Below, piece after piece: positions 14,076 through 26,712 of a DNA stretch of 64,000 nucleotides. Under the pieces are notes generated by a model. That model was not told where the DNA came from. It did no database searches and saw nothing but the letters and a program-made list of their open reading frames with translations. The stretch is from Okamejei kenojei (Eukaryota). The DNA lies in contig CM069140.1 in assembly GCA_035221665.1 (NCBI GenBank), positions 74,090,001-74,154,000 on the forward strand, written 5' to 3'. Numbering within the stretch: position 1 is the stretch's first letter; each line of letters starts with the position of its first letter. A program made the position numbers and the translations under genes.

Positions 14076-15059
14076 ATGCCACCGGCTACCACTGTGCTCC
14101 AAGGAAGAGAGTCCTAGCCTGCTCGACCTCTCACTGTAGCTTAGGCCCTGGATGGGGTGGGAGATTGCAACCTTCACGTGGTCCGCCCTGTTTCGACTAA
14201 TGCAATCAACTTGACGTGCACAAATGGAAGATCAAATAGAACAAGTTGTCCAACAACTTTAGGCTGTGCACGCCACACGAAAGAAGGCGGCGGCCCTGGA
14301 TAACATCCTCTTAAATCATCTCTGCTCTCTGTCCAGCTTGACAACATTTCTCCCGACAACATGGTGCCCAGAACTGAAGGTAGGGAACAGGTGATGCTAC
14401 CCTTCCCTACTAAAGGGCATCACGGCAGCTTCCATGACTCACTGATGACAGAAAGTATCCCCAAAATAGTTGCCATACACCAACTCCCAATGGACACGGA
14501 AGCAGGGAGATGGGAATTCATTCCTTGGAGCGCAGGAGGAGGAGGGGTGATCTTATAGAGGTGTATAATATCATGAGAGGAACAAACAGGGTGAACGCAG
14601 TGGATTAATCTCCCTGTTAAGTTGTCCTTCAACTTTAGGCTGTGCACACCTTACGCAAGAAAAAGAATCTCCCTGTAACCTCATGGGCTTCATCGGGATG
14701 CTCCGGATTCCCGCCACATCCCAAATAGATCGGCGTGGACACACAGAGTCGTTTACCCAGGGGAGGGGAATCAAGAATCAGAGGACATAGGTTTAAGGTG
14801 AGAGGGGAAAGATTTAGTAGAAACGCAAGGGGCAACTTTTTCCAGGAGGTGGTGGGCTTGTGGAATGAAGCGTAGAAGCATAGAGAAAGCATAGAAAAAC
14901 AGGTGCCAGGAGTAGGCCATTCGGCCCTTCAAGCCAGCACCGCCATTCAATATGATCATGGCTGATCATCTAAAATCAGTACCCCGTTCCTGCTTTTTCT
15001 CCCCACATCCCTTGATTCCTTTAGCCCTAACAACTAAATCTATCTCTCTTGAAAAGTTA

Positions 15060-15377
15060 AAGCCCCGTCCCACTGTACGAGTTAATTCAAGAGCACTCCC
15101 GAGCTTAAAAAAAAATCAAACTCGCGGTAAGCACATAGAATGAACGTCGCGGGTACGTCGGAGGTCGGGGACGTCTCTTAGCGGCTCGTAACACTAACGG
15201 CAGGTACTCGGGAAACGCGATAAACTCAGGAAGACTCGTGAAGATTTTTCAACATGTTGAAAAATGTCCACGAGACTTCCGAGTACGGGCGAGCGGCCAT
15301 TACCGTAAATCTCCGAATTCGAATCAGGGCAAACTCGGGAGAACTCTTGAATGAACTCGTACAGTGGGACAGGGCTT
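15060..15377. mobile_element. PIF/Harbinger MITE (type C)
   Basis: TIR AAGCCCCGTCCCACTGTACGAG...CTCGTACAGTGGGACAGGGCTT with TTA on both sides. Confidence 0.85.
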
Positions 15378-15380
15378 TTA

Positions 15381-16260
15381 GATTTATAATGAATTAATAT
15401 CATATATTTATAATATCTTACTGGAAAATGATTTACCAAACACGGAAAAATATAGACAAGCATGGGAAAACGAATTAGGTCAAACAATTAGTGTAGAAGT
15501 ATGGAATGAAAGTTTACAACATATACACCACTGCTCATTAAATGCCAGACACTCCTTGATACAATTTAAAGTTTTATATAGATTACACTTCTGAAAATCC
15601 AAATTAAACAGAATTTTTTCAAATGTTTCTGCTATATGTGATAAATGTCAGCAGTTAGCTAATCTAACGCATTCATTCACAAAATATACAAAAATTACTA
15701 ATTTTTGGATAGAAATTTTTAAGATAATTTTGAATGTAGTTAATGCAAATTTAACTCCAGACTCAAAATTAATCATATTAGGAATATTAGAAACAGATCA
15801 GCTACTAACAACACAGCAAATAATTTTTATTGGTTATAGTTTAATAATTGGTAAAAAAACTAATACTAAGATTTTGGAAAGGTCCCATATCCCCCACAAT
15901 CAAAATGTGGATTACAGAAATGTCGGAGACACTTCACCTGGAACGATTAAGACTTGTCCTATTGCTCAGGCTAGATCAATTCAGAGGAATATGGTCTCCA
16001 TTTATTGAATACTATGTTAAGGTGGTCCGGTTCGAGGCCCTGACTGAAGCCTGAATGAAGGAATAGATGAAGAATTATATATAATAGACCACGAATATAT
16101 CTCCAATGAAGAATATCTTGCTTAATACTCCACTCATTTTATCGATTTTTTATTTCTATCTTATTTCTTTTTATTATTTCTCTTTACTTCCTACTGTTAT
16201 AAAATAATAAAAAATATAGAAGTATAAATACGAATGACTGTAAATTTTAAAAATATTAAG
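15381..16260 (+). mobile_element. L1-clade LINE 3' end (ORF2 C-terminal Cys-rich region), degenerate
   Basis: WNESLQHIHHCSLNARHSLIQFKVLYRLH...ICDKC...LTH, then KKLILRFWKGPISPTIKMWITEM...IWSPF; AT-rich 3'UTR. Confidence 0.8.
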
Positions 16261-18564
16261 AATGTATAAAGAGCTGCCAAGGGAGGTAGTTGAGGCAGGT
16301 ACTATAATAACATTTATATGACATTCAGATAGGTACATGGATAGGAAAGCTTTAGATGGATATAGGCCAAACACGGGCAGGTTGGGCTTGCAGAGGTGGT
16401 CCCAAGGCATAACAAACCACACTGGCCGCCCAGCAACACAGAGAGGGGAGGTCAACGATCACACAACATTAACTTAGCTTCCTTCCCCTCAAATACTACC
16501 TAAAAGGTACAGGGTCTCCTGCATTTTCTATTGTTAGTGCTATCAAAGAGAATATTATCAAAGGAGTCCTGGGGCTTGGTCAGATAAACGGTGTACGAAG
16601 GAACTGCAGAACTGAAGATAGACACAAAAAACTGGAGTAACACAGCGGGTCAGACAGCATCTCTAGAGAAAAGGAATAGGTGAATTCTGAAGAAGGGTCT
16701 CGACATGAAACGTCACCGATTCCTTTTCTCCAGAGACGCTGTCCGACCCGCTGAGTTCCTCCAGTTTTTGAGTGTCCATCTCCGGCTTGGTTAGGTAGCT
16801 AGGCTCTGAGGAAAGTGGAATTAGGAGAACGAGAGGCAGGAAGCACAACTCATGGCTGCAGATAGTTTAGTTCAGGAATCTGCAGTTGGGGAACGGAATT
16901 TGTTCAAGGTTCCATGGAAAAAGGTTTATCCCGTGCCAGGAGAATTCTTCTTATCCAAAGGAGTGGACAAAAATGTAGCAGTTCCGGATTTACAAGCCAG
17001 AAGATAACACCACGCCACGAGAGAGATGGTAAAAATTAATGACAGTATTTGTTGTCAGGCGCTGACAGCAATGGAAGTTGTTGAACAATTCTGAACACGT
17101 AGCTGATTCAGTGATGTGCTGTCGGGAGGAAATTAGGAACTTAGGAAGGAAGTTTCCCAGAGTCTAGGGCCAGTTCAGTTCAGTTTGTCACGTGTACCGA
17201 AGTTATGTCAAAAGCTTATGTTGCGTGCTATCCAGTCAGCAGACAGACTATACATGATTACAAACAAGCTATTTACATGATAAGGGAATAACGTTTAGTG
17301 CAAGATAGAGCCAGCAAAGTCCGATCAAGGACAGATAGTCCGAGGGTCACCAATGAGGTAGACAGTAGTTCAGCACTGCTCTCCAGTTGTGGTAGGATGA
17401 TTCAGTTGCCTGACCAGAGGGCACAGCCTCAGAATAATAGGGCATACCTTCAGAAAGGAGACGAGGAGGAATTTCTTCAGTCAGAGGGTGGTGAATTTGT
17501 GGAATTCATTGCCACAGCTGGCGGTGGAGGTTGAGTCATTTGATATTTTTAAAGCAGGGATTGTGGGATAATGTAGAACTTTAGGTTCTTGATTAGTAAG
17601 GGCGTCAAAGGTCATGGGGAGAAGGTAGGAGAATGGGGTGGAGAAGGAAAAGTAGATCAGCCATGATTGATTGGCGGGGTAGGCTTGATGGGCCGAATGG
17701 CCTTATTCTGCTCCTGTGTCTTATGATTTCATGCGAACGGGGCAATGGAAGGAATAGAGAATTGCAAAAATAAAAAAAACTATCTGAAGCCAAAAGAAAG
17801 GAAAGATACTACCTTCATGTATCCAGTCTCCTTAGTTTAGTTTAAAGATACAGCGTGCAAACAGGCCCTTCGGCCCATCAACTTCACGTCACGATCAATC
17901 ACCAGCTCACACTAGTTCTACATTATCCCACTTTCTCATCCACTCCCTGCACATTAGAGGCGATCTACAGAGGATAATTAACCTATGATTCTACACGTCT
18001 TTGGGATGGGAGGAAACCTACAAAACTGTGGTTTAGTTCATTTTAGTTTAGTTTAGTTTAGAGATGCAGCATGGAAACAGGCCCTTCGGCCTGAGTCCGC
18101 GCCGACCAGCGATCCCCGCACGCTAACACTATCCTACACACACTAGGGACAATTTACATTTATACCAAGCCAATTAACCCACAAACCTGTACGTCATTGG
18201 TGTGTGGGAATAAAGCTAAGATCTGGGAGAAATCCCACGCAGGTCACAGGGAGAACGTACAAACTCCGTACAGACAGCGCCCACAGTCAGGGTCTCTGGC
18301 GCTGGAAGGCAGTAGCTCTACTGCCGCGATACCGAGCCGCCCACTTTGGTATAAACCAGCATCTGCAGTTCTTTGTTTCTACATGGGGAAAAGCTAGTTA
18401 TACGCCACAAAGTCACTGATTAGCCAAGTGGGGGGAAACAAAGCTGCCTGCTAACTTAAAAAGAGAAGCAGAAGAGTTTAGTTAGCAGTAGGCTATATTT
18501 TCCCCCTCATCTTGGCTAATTCGTGACTTAACAGTGCATGACTATAATAGCTTTAATTATCTAT

Positions 18565-19800
18565 GTCTGAGCATCCCTCAAGAAAGTGGAGGACTTCAAG
18601 TACCTGGGAGGGAGGATGCAGAGCTCGGAGAATGACATCAAGGTCCGGAAAGCGTTCGCATGGAAAGCCCTCAATAACATGGGTAAAATCTGGACGTGAC
18701 GGATGACTAAGGGTCTCAAACTGAGATAGTTCCATGCGACTGTAGAGGCCATATTATTGTACGGGTGTGAGGCATGGACTCTCACACGCGCACTGTCCCA
18801 AGTCTCTCGATGGTACCTACACCCGAACGCTCAGAAAAGTTCAAAATGTCAGGTGGGGGGGACCACATCACCATCGCCCTGCTCCATGGGGAGATTCCAC
18901 CTCTGACCGAGAAGATCAGGTGGAGAAGGATGAGGCTCGCTGGTCACTGCCACCGCCACCCAGAAATGGCAGCAAACAAGGTCGTGCTGTGGAAGACATG
19001 ACCCTGGACGGCCAATCACAGTTTTTTCCACACCTTAAAAAAAAATCAAAAAAAAATCCTGAAATAGAATTCCAAATTACCTGGAATTTGATGGTAGTTC
19101 CCGGCCCGGTAAGCTTTCCTCAACTGCGCATTTGAGACTGCCGCCCCAACTGCGCACGCGCAGATACTGGGCCCACTGTGCATGCACGGGGAGTCCCTAC
19201 CGCGTCACCGGCGCCATTTTTAATTGTGACGCGGCTGTCGGGCCTCCCCCAACTGCGCAGGAACGTACGGTCGGAAATATACAGGTGCATACTGTTTTTC
19301 CGCAAATCATCCCACGGGCCTGATTGGACCCCTTTGCATATCCCACTGCGTTCACCCTGTTTGTTCCTCTCATGATATTATACACCTCTATAAGATCACC
19401 CCTCCTCCTCCTGCGCTCCAAGGAATGAATTCCCATCTCCCTGCTTCCGTGTCCATTGGGAGTTGGTGTGTGGCAACTATTTTGGGGATACTTTCTGTCA
19501 TCAGTGAGTCATGGAAGCTTCGTGCGTGCGAAGTTGGGGCGGCAGTCATACATGCGCAGTTGGCAAAGGCTTACCGGGCCGGGAAATTTCCCCCAAATTA
19601 TTTCATTTCCCTAAAATTACCCGAAGACAACCGGAATTTCAGGTCATTTCCTTCAAAGTGGACACACTGGCCGATCAAGAGGAGGCTGAAGACGCATGTG
19701 CAGAGGCAAGAGGGGCTCGCCAGCTGCACGGAGGACAGAGACGTGTGGTGCGTCCGTCACCGTGCCCGTCGGAAACCAGCACCACTGCGTCGCTAAGGTT
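18565..19800 (+). mobile_element. RTE/RTE-X-clade LINE 3' fragment interrupted by a palindromic insertion (~19022-19655)
   Basis: LKKVEDFKYLG, ILLYGCEAWTL, LDGTYTRTLR, RRMRLAGHCHRH and PGRPIT before the insertion; VDTL...EDRDVW after it; (aat)n tail. Confidence 0.75.
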
Positions 19801-20334
19801 TTCAACGATTTAATAATAATAATAAATAATAATAATAATTCTGATGGAGTACAATGAACGCTCCTCATTTGTCACACTCCCACCTGCATGAAGAGTAATA
19901 GGCTCACGTCATTCTAGAGTACGAGTGCATAACGTTGCTGACACTTCAATGCTGATACGTGCAAGTGCATCACTATCATGGGTGCCTTCTTCACATCAGA
20001 AGAGCCACAGAGGTTGCGACTGCATTCTCAGATGGATAATAAGAGACGTCACAAAAATCTTTGAAACAAAAAGCAAAGTATGCAGGAAGGAAGTGCAGAC
20101 GCTGGTTTACACCGAAGGTAGACACAAAAATGCTGGAGTAACTCAGCGGGACAGGCAGCGTCTCTGGAGAGAAAGAGTGGGTGACGTCTCGGGTCTGAAG
20201 AAGGGTCTCGACCCGAAACATCACCCATTCCTTCTCTCCAGAGATGTTGCCAGTCCCGCTGGGATACAAAAAACAAAGTCGTTCGTCCTGATATCGTGGC
20301 CAACATTTATCCTTCTATCAAAGTCAAAGAACTG

Positions 20335-20850
20335 ATTACGGCTGCACGGAGGCGGGGACGAGAGCTCTTCAGCGCGTCGTCCACAGAGCGCAGAAGATTA
20401 TTGGTGCACCGCTACCAGCCTTGGAGGGCATCTACTACACACGGTGCCTCATGAAGGCCGTCAGCATCCACAGAGCCTCCTCACACCCTTGTAATGGACT
20501 GTTCGAACTACTCCCTTCCGGCAGACGTTACAAGGCCTTCTACGCCCGCACCACCAGACTCAGGAACAGCTTCATCCCCAGAGCTATAGCTGGTCTAAAC
20601 CGGCCCTGCTGAGTGCCCCCCCCCCCCCCATGAACTGTCTCCCTCGGATGGTCACGGCGGACATCGACCCGGCACAGACACATTTGCACTTTAGACATCA
20701 CCCATTCTTTACTGCTCTTTTTATCAATCATGTTTCTCGGGGTATCTAAATCTAAATTGTATCTAAATTTTATTAGTTGTTTAAGTTATGACATCGGATG
20801 GAAGTTGCAAACCAAATCTCGCTGCACATATGTGCAATGACAATAAAAGA
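20335..20850 (+). mobile_element. Rex1/Babar LINE 3' end
   Basis: IYYTRCLMKAVSIHRASSHPCNGLFELLPSGRRYKAFYARTTRLRNSFIPRAI; tail atgacaataaa. Confidence 0.75.
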
Positions 20851-20851
20851 T

Positions 20852-21260
20852 ATTATTACCCATATCACACATCTGAGCTATGCTTTTACAAAATTGTATT
20901 CCCTTCGTTTTGAGTGCCAGCAGGGTTAACAGGGGAATATTTTCTTGTATTCCCCTTTCTTGCGAACGCCTATGGACTTTACGTGTTAAAACAGCGGTAA
21001 ATATAGTCTTATATTCCCCTGGTCTCACATCCGGGAACTTGGCAATGTGACGCTGCGCGGGAAAATGGCAGCCTCCTGCGAGAAGAGGTTCGCGACTTTT
21101 GACGAAGATTTTCCTCTAGATGTCTGATATGGGTAATAATAACAATATTGACTGTCCTCTTTCGGGGGATACGACATATATTGCCCTCACTAGATCCATG
21201 AATCTACTTCAGGCAATATATGTCGTATCCCCTCAAGGCCAGTCAATATTCTATTATTAT
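20852..21260. mobile_element. Crypton-like non-autonomous hairpin element, copy 1
   Basis: Inverted arms TTATTACCCATATCA / TGATATGGGTAATAA followed by a ~120-bp terminal hairpin; homologous to 36871-37534. Confidence 0.55.
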
Positions 21261-23602
21261 TATTATTCTTATTTGGAAATTATATTGATAGGATTTCTAA
21301 GATCTTCAGATATTCAAAAGGATAGGAGCATAACAGTTATTCAGCCCATTGAATCGACTCCACCATTCAATCACGGCTGATCAATCGTTCCCTTTCAACC
21401 CCATTCTCCTGCCTTCTCCCCGTAACCGTCAATACCTTTGCTAATCAAGACATTGGCGATCTACGCTTTAAATATGCCCAATGGCTCGGCCTCCACAGCC
21501 GTCTGTGGCAATGAGTTCCACAGATTCACCACCCTCTGCCTAAAGAACCTCCTCCTCATCTCCTTTCTGAAGGTACATCCTTTTATTTCGAGGCTGTGCC
21601 CTATGGTGCTGGACTGTCCCACTTAGTGGAAACACCCTCTCCGCCCGCATTCACATCTTGCACAGTAACGCCTGCATTTACTAAACAGGAATATTGTGGA
21701 AATACAAAAATATTTCAAAAGCCGTGAAATACTTGAATAATCATGAATCATCCTTTCCACGTGCAAGATTTTGAGTTCAATGTTGCCAAAGAGACACCTG
21801 CTCGCACTAATGCCAGCAGCCAAACAAAGCACAGACCCATGAATACACAAGGGGCCAGCCAGCCAGGCAACCACAGCAGGGCCATTCTTTGGAAAGTGAA
21901 CCAAATGCCACACACATGACCAGAGGTCATCACATTTTTTAAAAATCTCGTCAGAGATTAATCTTATTAATTGCTATTTTCCTGCCGACAGTACTATAAT
22001 GCATGTCTGCTAAAGATATGAACGTTCCAGCTTATTAAAATTCACAGTTTCGAAGATAAAACTGAGTTATGAAAAAGAATGCTTCCGGGGGGAGGGGGGT
22101 CATCACACACGTGACCAGTCACCTTTGACCTCTGACCTTAAACATTGTCCGCATAACGTAAACATTTCGCTTGATAAACTTCGAGAGAAAAAAAAGAATC
22201 ATATGTACAATAAAAAACAATATACCTGCAACGCTTTCAGGATAAGAAGAGATGTATTCCACAATTGTTCATATGTTTTGGTCACACACGTGACTGAGAA
22301 TGGCCCAGCACGGAGGCGTTTTAAAAAAAAATGTATTAAAAACGATTTCAATTCCCCAGTGTAAAAAGGTACAGGAACTTCAAAAACATGACCACGAATT
22401 TGTTCACCCACTTTCTCAAGGAAACGCTTCTTTTTGCCAGCAAACACTGAAATTCCCTCCGCAAAATGCCAGGGGGTCTTTGGGAAGGGAATCTGGCTCG
22501 TGCACAGCTGAAGGAAGCAACACTGCAGAACACCGAGGTCCATACTAATTATTCTGGGGATCTTAAAACATTTAAAAACAAAGAATAATACACCAGTAAC
22601 AAATGGGCATTTGTTACACAATTGCAGAGTCAAAATAAGACGAGGAAATGGTTTCATAGTATTTTTCAGCAGCCAAATACATTCCAGTCAAGGTTATCTT
22701 CTCAACACAGTACATTCTGTGAGATAGAGGCTGCAGTGGATCCGTTTAAAAACACGTTCTCCACCACATCTTTTCAATTGAATACTTAGCTGCATTCAGC
22801 GCTCCTGTGAACATGGGCTCTATGTTCGATGTCACGTTGCCCCCAGCGATCTGCTATCCAAGCCAGTGCATGCAGCCAGACACACCAGCAACATGCCCTA
22901 TACTGTGCAAAAGAAGTCAGCAACATTGTATGTGTAGGAAGGACCTGCAGTTGCCGGTTTAAACCGAAGATGGACAAGTAAAAGCTGGAGTGACTCAGCT
23001 GGTCAGTCGGCATCTCTGGAGAGAAGGAATAGGTGACAATAGACAATATGTGCAGGAGCAGGCCGTTCGGCCCTTCGAGCCAGCACCGCCATTCAATGTG
23101 ATCATGGCTGACCATCCCCAATCAGTACCCCGTTCCTGCCTTCTCCCCCTATCCCCTGACTTTGCTATCTTTAAGAGCCTTTCTCCAAAGATGCTGTCTG
23201 ACCCGCTGAGTGACTCCAGCTTCAAGTGTCTGTCTCCAGCAACAGTTGAAGTCCTTCCCAACAACTCAGTGCATGTCCAAGGGACATCTGCGTAGGAAGG
23301 AACTGCAGATGCTGGTTAACACCGAAGATATAGACACAGAACGCTGGAGTAACTCAGCGGGACAGGCTGCATCTCGGGGGAGAAGGAATGGGTGACGTTT
23401 CGGCTCGAGACCCTTCTTCATGACCCATTCCTTCTCTCCAGAGATGCTGCCTGTCCCGCTGAGTTACTCCAGTTTTTTGTGTCCATAACACGATACCGTT
23501 TCCATTCAACCCCGTGCTGCAGAAATGGGCTAAAATGTAGTTTTTTTTTAAATAGGGGAACAAAAGAAAAACGGCTGTCATGGTTACCATGGTTACACAT
23601 AC

Positions 23603-25080
23603 TCTTTGTTGTGCTTCAGTGCCACATGGTCTGATTCAAAGTAGTACACATCGGGCTCCTCGTCCTCTTCCTCCTCTCTAGACAGCTGGCTGCCATTCTC
23701 CCTGCTCGCAGGCAAGAGCCCTCTGTGCAGCCCCCGCTGAGCCGGCGAGTCCGGCACGTCACCACCGCAGCAGCCGCCGCCGCCGCCCCCCGGCTCGTCT
23801 GGCTCCCTTCCGGCTCGAGAGTCGCCCTCCTCCACCGTCGCACAGCGTTCCCTGTCCGCGGCCACCGCCGCTCCGACGGGCGGTCCACAGTCGCCGCCGC
23901 CGGGGTTGGGGAGGTTATCCTCCGCCTGCCCGCAGTCCCGGGGGGACGAGCACGTCTTTTGAGGGCTGCCCTTGCCCGCGGCAGCCCTCCGGGGCGAAGT
24001 TCTCAGTGCGTACCTGTGCTCCTGCGAATCGAACGGGGAGTCGGGCGCGGCGGACTCCTCGGGCGCCCCCGCGAGGGGACCCACGTCCGGGGCCGCGTCC
24101 GCCCCGCAACACTGCTCCCGCGACAGGGACGAGCTGTACCCCACCACGTCCACCTCCTCCTCCGATTCCCTGATTTGCACCGGGTTCTCAGTGGCGGGAT
24201 GCGCGGCGGACCGCTGCGACTGGCAGTCACTGACTGTCTCGCAGTCTTCCCACTGCAAGTCTCTAGAAGGCACATCGGGCTCTGAAGTGGCGGCCATCTT
24301 GCTGCCGTTCAGCAGCAGGGAATGGCCGCCCGAGTTAACGCTGACAGTGTCTGTGGGTAAAATGGGTGCACGCGTATCCACACGTTTTGGTTTATGGTTC
24401 AAATGAAGAGGTTCACACTCACTACGCTCCGAAGAGGCAGCAGCAACAGCAGCAGCAGCAGCAATATCTTTCTCATTGATCCCATTGGCAGCTTTGTGTG
24501 AAGATGCCTCCCTCAGCAGCAACGGGTCCTCGCGCCCGCCATCCAAGTCCTTCATCTTTTTGATCTCCCTTTTGTCACAATCATCCAGTAGAAGAAAGCG
24601 CCGGGCGCGCTTGAGCTGCGAGGAGTCGCCATCGCTGTTGGGGGCCAGCCCCTTGCGCTCGAGAGGAGCCTTCTCGGTCCTAGCGGGGGGCGACGGGTCC
24701 TCCAGGCTGTCCGCGGGCTCCGAGCGCGAGCATCGCTTCACCCGCTTGAAGCCGGGCAACGCCGGCTGGCAAATGTCCAGCAGCTTCTTCTCGTGGTTGT
24801 CCTTGTCCGAGCACAGCAGCCCCCTCTTCCTCGGGCTGGCCCACGGCTCCCGGGCGCCGTGCTGCCTGCACTCGCCGACCTTGCCGCTGTTGGCGCTCCT
24901 CGGCTGCGGTGTGGCCTCCTGCTTCTTTTTCGGCGATCGCGACCTCAACTGGGGGAGGGGGGAGGAATCGTCGGGGTGGATTATGCTCCGGTTCCTCAGC
25001 GTTCGCCCGCAGAAGTTCTCGTCCAAACCGTTCGACCCAACTGACGACCTTGTGACGCGCTGGGATCTAAAAGCGGCCAT
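23603..25080 (-). CDS. ZZZ3: ZZ-type zinc finger-containing protein 3 (ATAC complex subunit), large first coding exon; later exons lie outside the window
   Basis: The 495-aa ORF matches the recalled vertebrate ZZZ3 N-terminus: MAAxRSxRVTRSxVGxNGLDExFCGRTLRNRSI, RSRSPKK, SPRKRGL, LLDDCDKREIKK, SEEEVDVVG, QEHRYxLRTSPRRAA, EPDVYYFESDHVALKHNK. It ends at a phase-2 donor AAAGA|GTATGT (23602-23597). An in-frame TGA lies upstream of the ATG. Confidence 0.95.
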
Positions 25081-25143
25081 GCTACGGGGAATTCCTAAAA
25101 GATCACCATCATGACTCTCTCATGAGCATCAAGTGAAGGAAAC
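25081..25143 (-). other. ZZZ3: 5'UTR part of the ZZZ3 first coding exon, with splice acceptor
   Basis: Minus-strand polypyrimidine tract and acceptor tttgctcttttcttttgtattctcaag|GTTTCC, 63 nt upstream of the ATG. Confidence 0.75.
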
Positions 25144-25252
25144 CTTGAGAATACAAAAGAAAAGAGCAAATTAAGCTAGAGGCAGTAAACAAAATATATT
25201 GCATACAAACACCGCCTAAATGCACTTTGGCCTTGCCTGGTCCGACATACTA

Positions 25253-25663
25253 CAGGTCCACCACCGATTTTCCCGCATCTTTGGTTCCCGTGCCTTTCTG
25301 GATTATCCATTTTTCCGGGTCAACTGAGGTCACGGCCTCTGAGGGGACTTGAACAGTACAGGAACGGTCTGCCCAGGCTGCTGAGGGGCCGAGATAACGG
25401 CCTGCAAGGTCAACCCTGGATGTCGGCTATGGGAACGGATCTGTTGGCTCTGGCCCGGCCGGAGTTCCAGAGCCCGGGGCCGCAGGGGGGCAAATTCAAC
25501 CCGCCGATTGGCCGCGGAAGTCCCGATGAGGTAGGGATCGGCCTCATCACCTGGCCTCAGAGCCACATTTTCGGGGGGACTCTCAGGGGGGGGGGGCGGC
25601 AATTTTTTCTGGATTAAAGGAATGCCGGACCACCAGTTGCCTGAAAAATCAGTGGTGGACCTG
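25253..25663. mobile_element. Tc1/mariner (pogo/Tigger-like) MITE
   Basis: TIR CAGGTCCACCACCGATTTT...AAAATCAGTGGTGGACCTG flanked by TA on both sides. Confidence 0.85.
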
Positions 25664-26582
25664 TAGTCGACCGTTTGGTTTTCAGCTATTCAGTACTTTG
25701 TCCTTCAAGTGAAGGACTCCTGTCACAAGAGCGTGCTTTACCACAATACGCATTTATCTCCTCGTACCTCAAGTACCATAGGAGAAGAGCAAAGCAGTGG
25801 AATTTTCAGGCAGACAATAGACAGCAACTTAAACAAGGAAGGCCAAAAGCTATGAGGAGCAGCTGACAACATGGTGCTGAGGCCAAAATTGGATCATCCA
25901 TGTTACTGAACTGCTGAGCTTGCATGCGGAGACGACTGGTTTACTAATGCTGTTTAAGAAGGAACTGCAGATGCCGGAAAATCGAAGGTAGACAAAAGTG
26001 CTGGAGAAACTCAGCGGGTGCAGCAGCATCTATGGAGCGAAGGAAATAGGCAACGTTTCGGGCCAAAACCCTTCTCCAGACTTTACTAATGCTCCCATTT
26101 CTTCTTTTCTTCAGGTATTCCTGCTAATTAAATCGGTGTTATTCACAATTTCTTACCTGATAATTCCAGCATTTCACTTTGGTAATAAGTAGCATGTTAT
26201 AGAGTCATACAAAGTGGAAACAAGCCCTTCGACCCAACTTGCCCACACCCGCCAACATGTCCCACCTACGGAAGTCCCACTTGCCTGCATTTGGCCCATA
26301 TCCCTCTAAACGTGTCCTACCCATGTACCTGTCCAACTGCTTCTTAAATGTTGCAACAGTCCCTGCCTCGACTACCTCCTCCGGCAGCTGGTTCCATGCG
26401 CCCACCACACTTAGCATGAAAAAGTTACCCCTCCAGATTCCTATAAAATCTCCGCCCCCCCCTCACCTTAAAGTTATGTCCTCTGGTTCTCGATTCTCCT
26501 ACTCTGGGCAGGAGACTGTGTGCGTCTTACCCCATCTATTCCAGTCGTGTCTGGAAAATCCCATAAACTACATACTGCTTAC

Positions 26583-26712
26583 ACCGTCTGCATGGAATAG
26601 GGTCGGTCATTCTTCTCGTCGAATGTTTCTTGGATATGTTCGTGGAAACACAGTCATGACTCCCTTGCTCTTTCTTCAGTTCTTGAGGTTTAAATTTACT
26701 ATCTGTACAGTG
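26583..26712 (-). other. Putative 5'UTR exon of ZZZ3 (130 nt)
   Basis: Non-repetitive segment bounded by acceptor ttttttgttctgtgcaacag| and donor |GTAAGC on the ZZZ3 strand, 1.4 kb upstream of the coding exon. Splice signals are the only evidence. Confidence 0.5.

Noticed and set aside
14442-14456. CTGATGA-CA-GAAA as a hammerhead core
   Set aside because: No stem II and no convincing stems I/III; probably a chance match.
23593-23602. Reading ZZZ3 as a single-exon 495-aa gene ending EYV*
   Set aside because: The last residues are read-through into the intron past the GTATGT donor; the SANT and ZZ domains are in later exons not found in this window.
24476-25114. 212-aa plus-strand ORF (also 23725-24285 and 23972-24406) antisense to ZZZ3
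   Set aside because: Shadow frames expected from the stop-poor, GC-rich exon; non-ATG starts and no recognisable domain.
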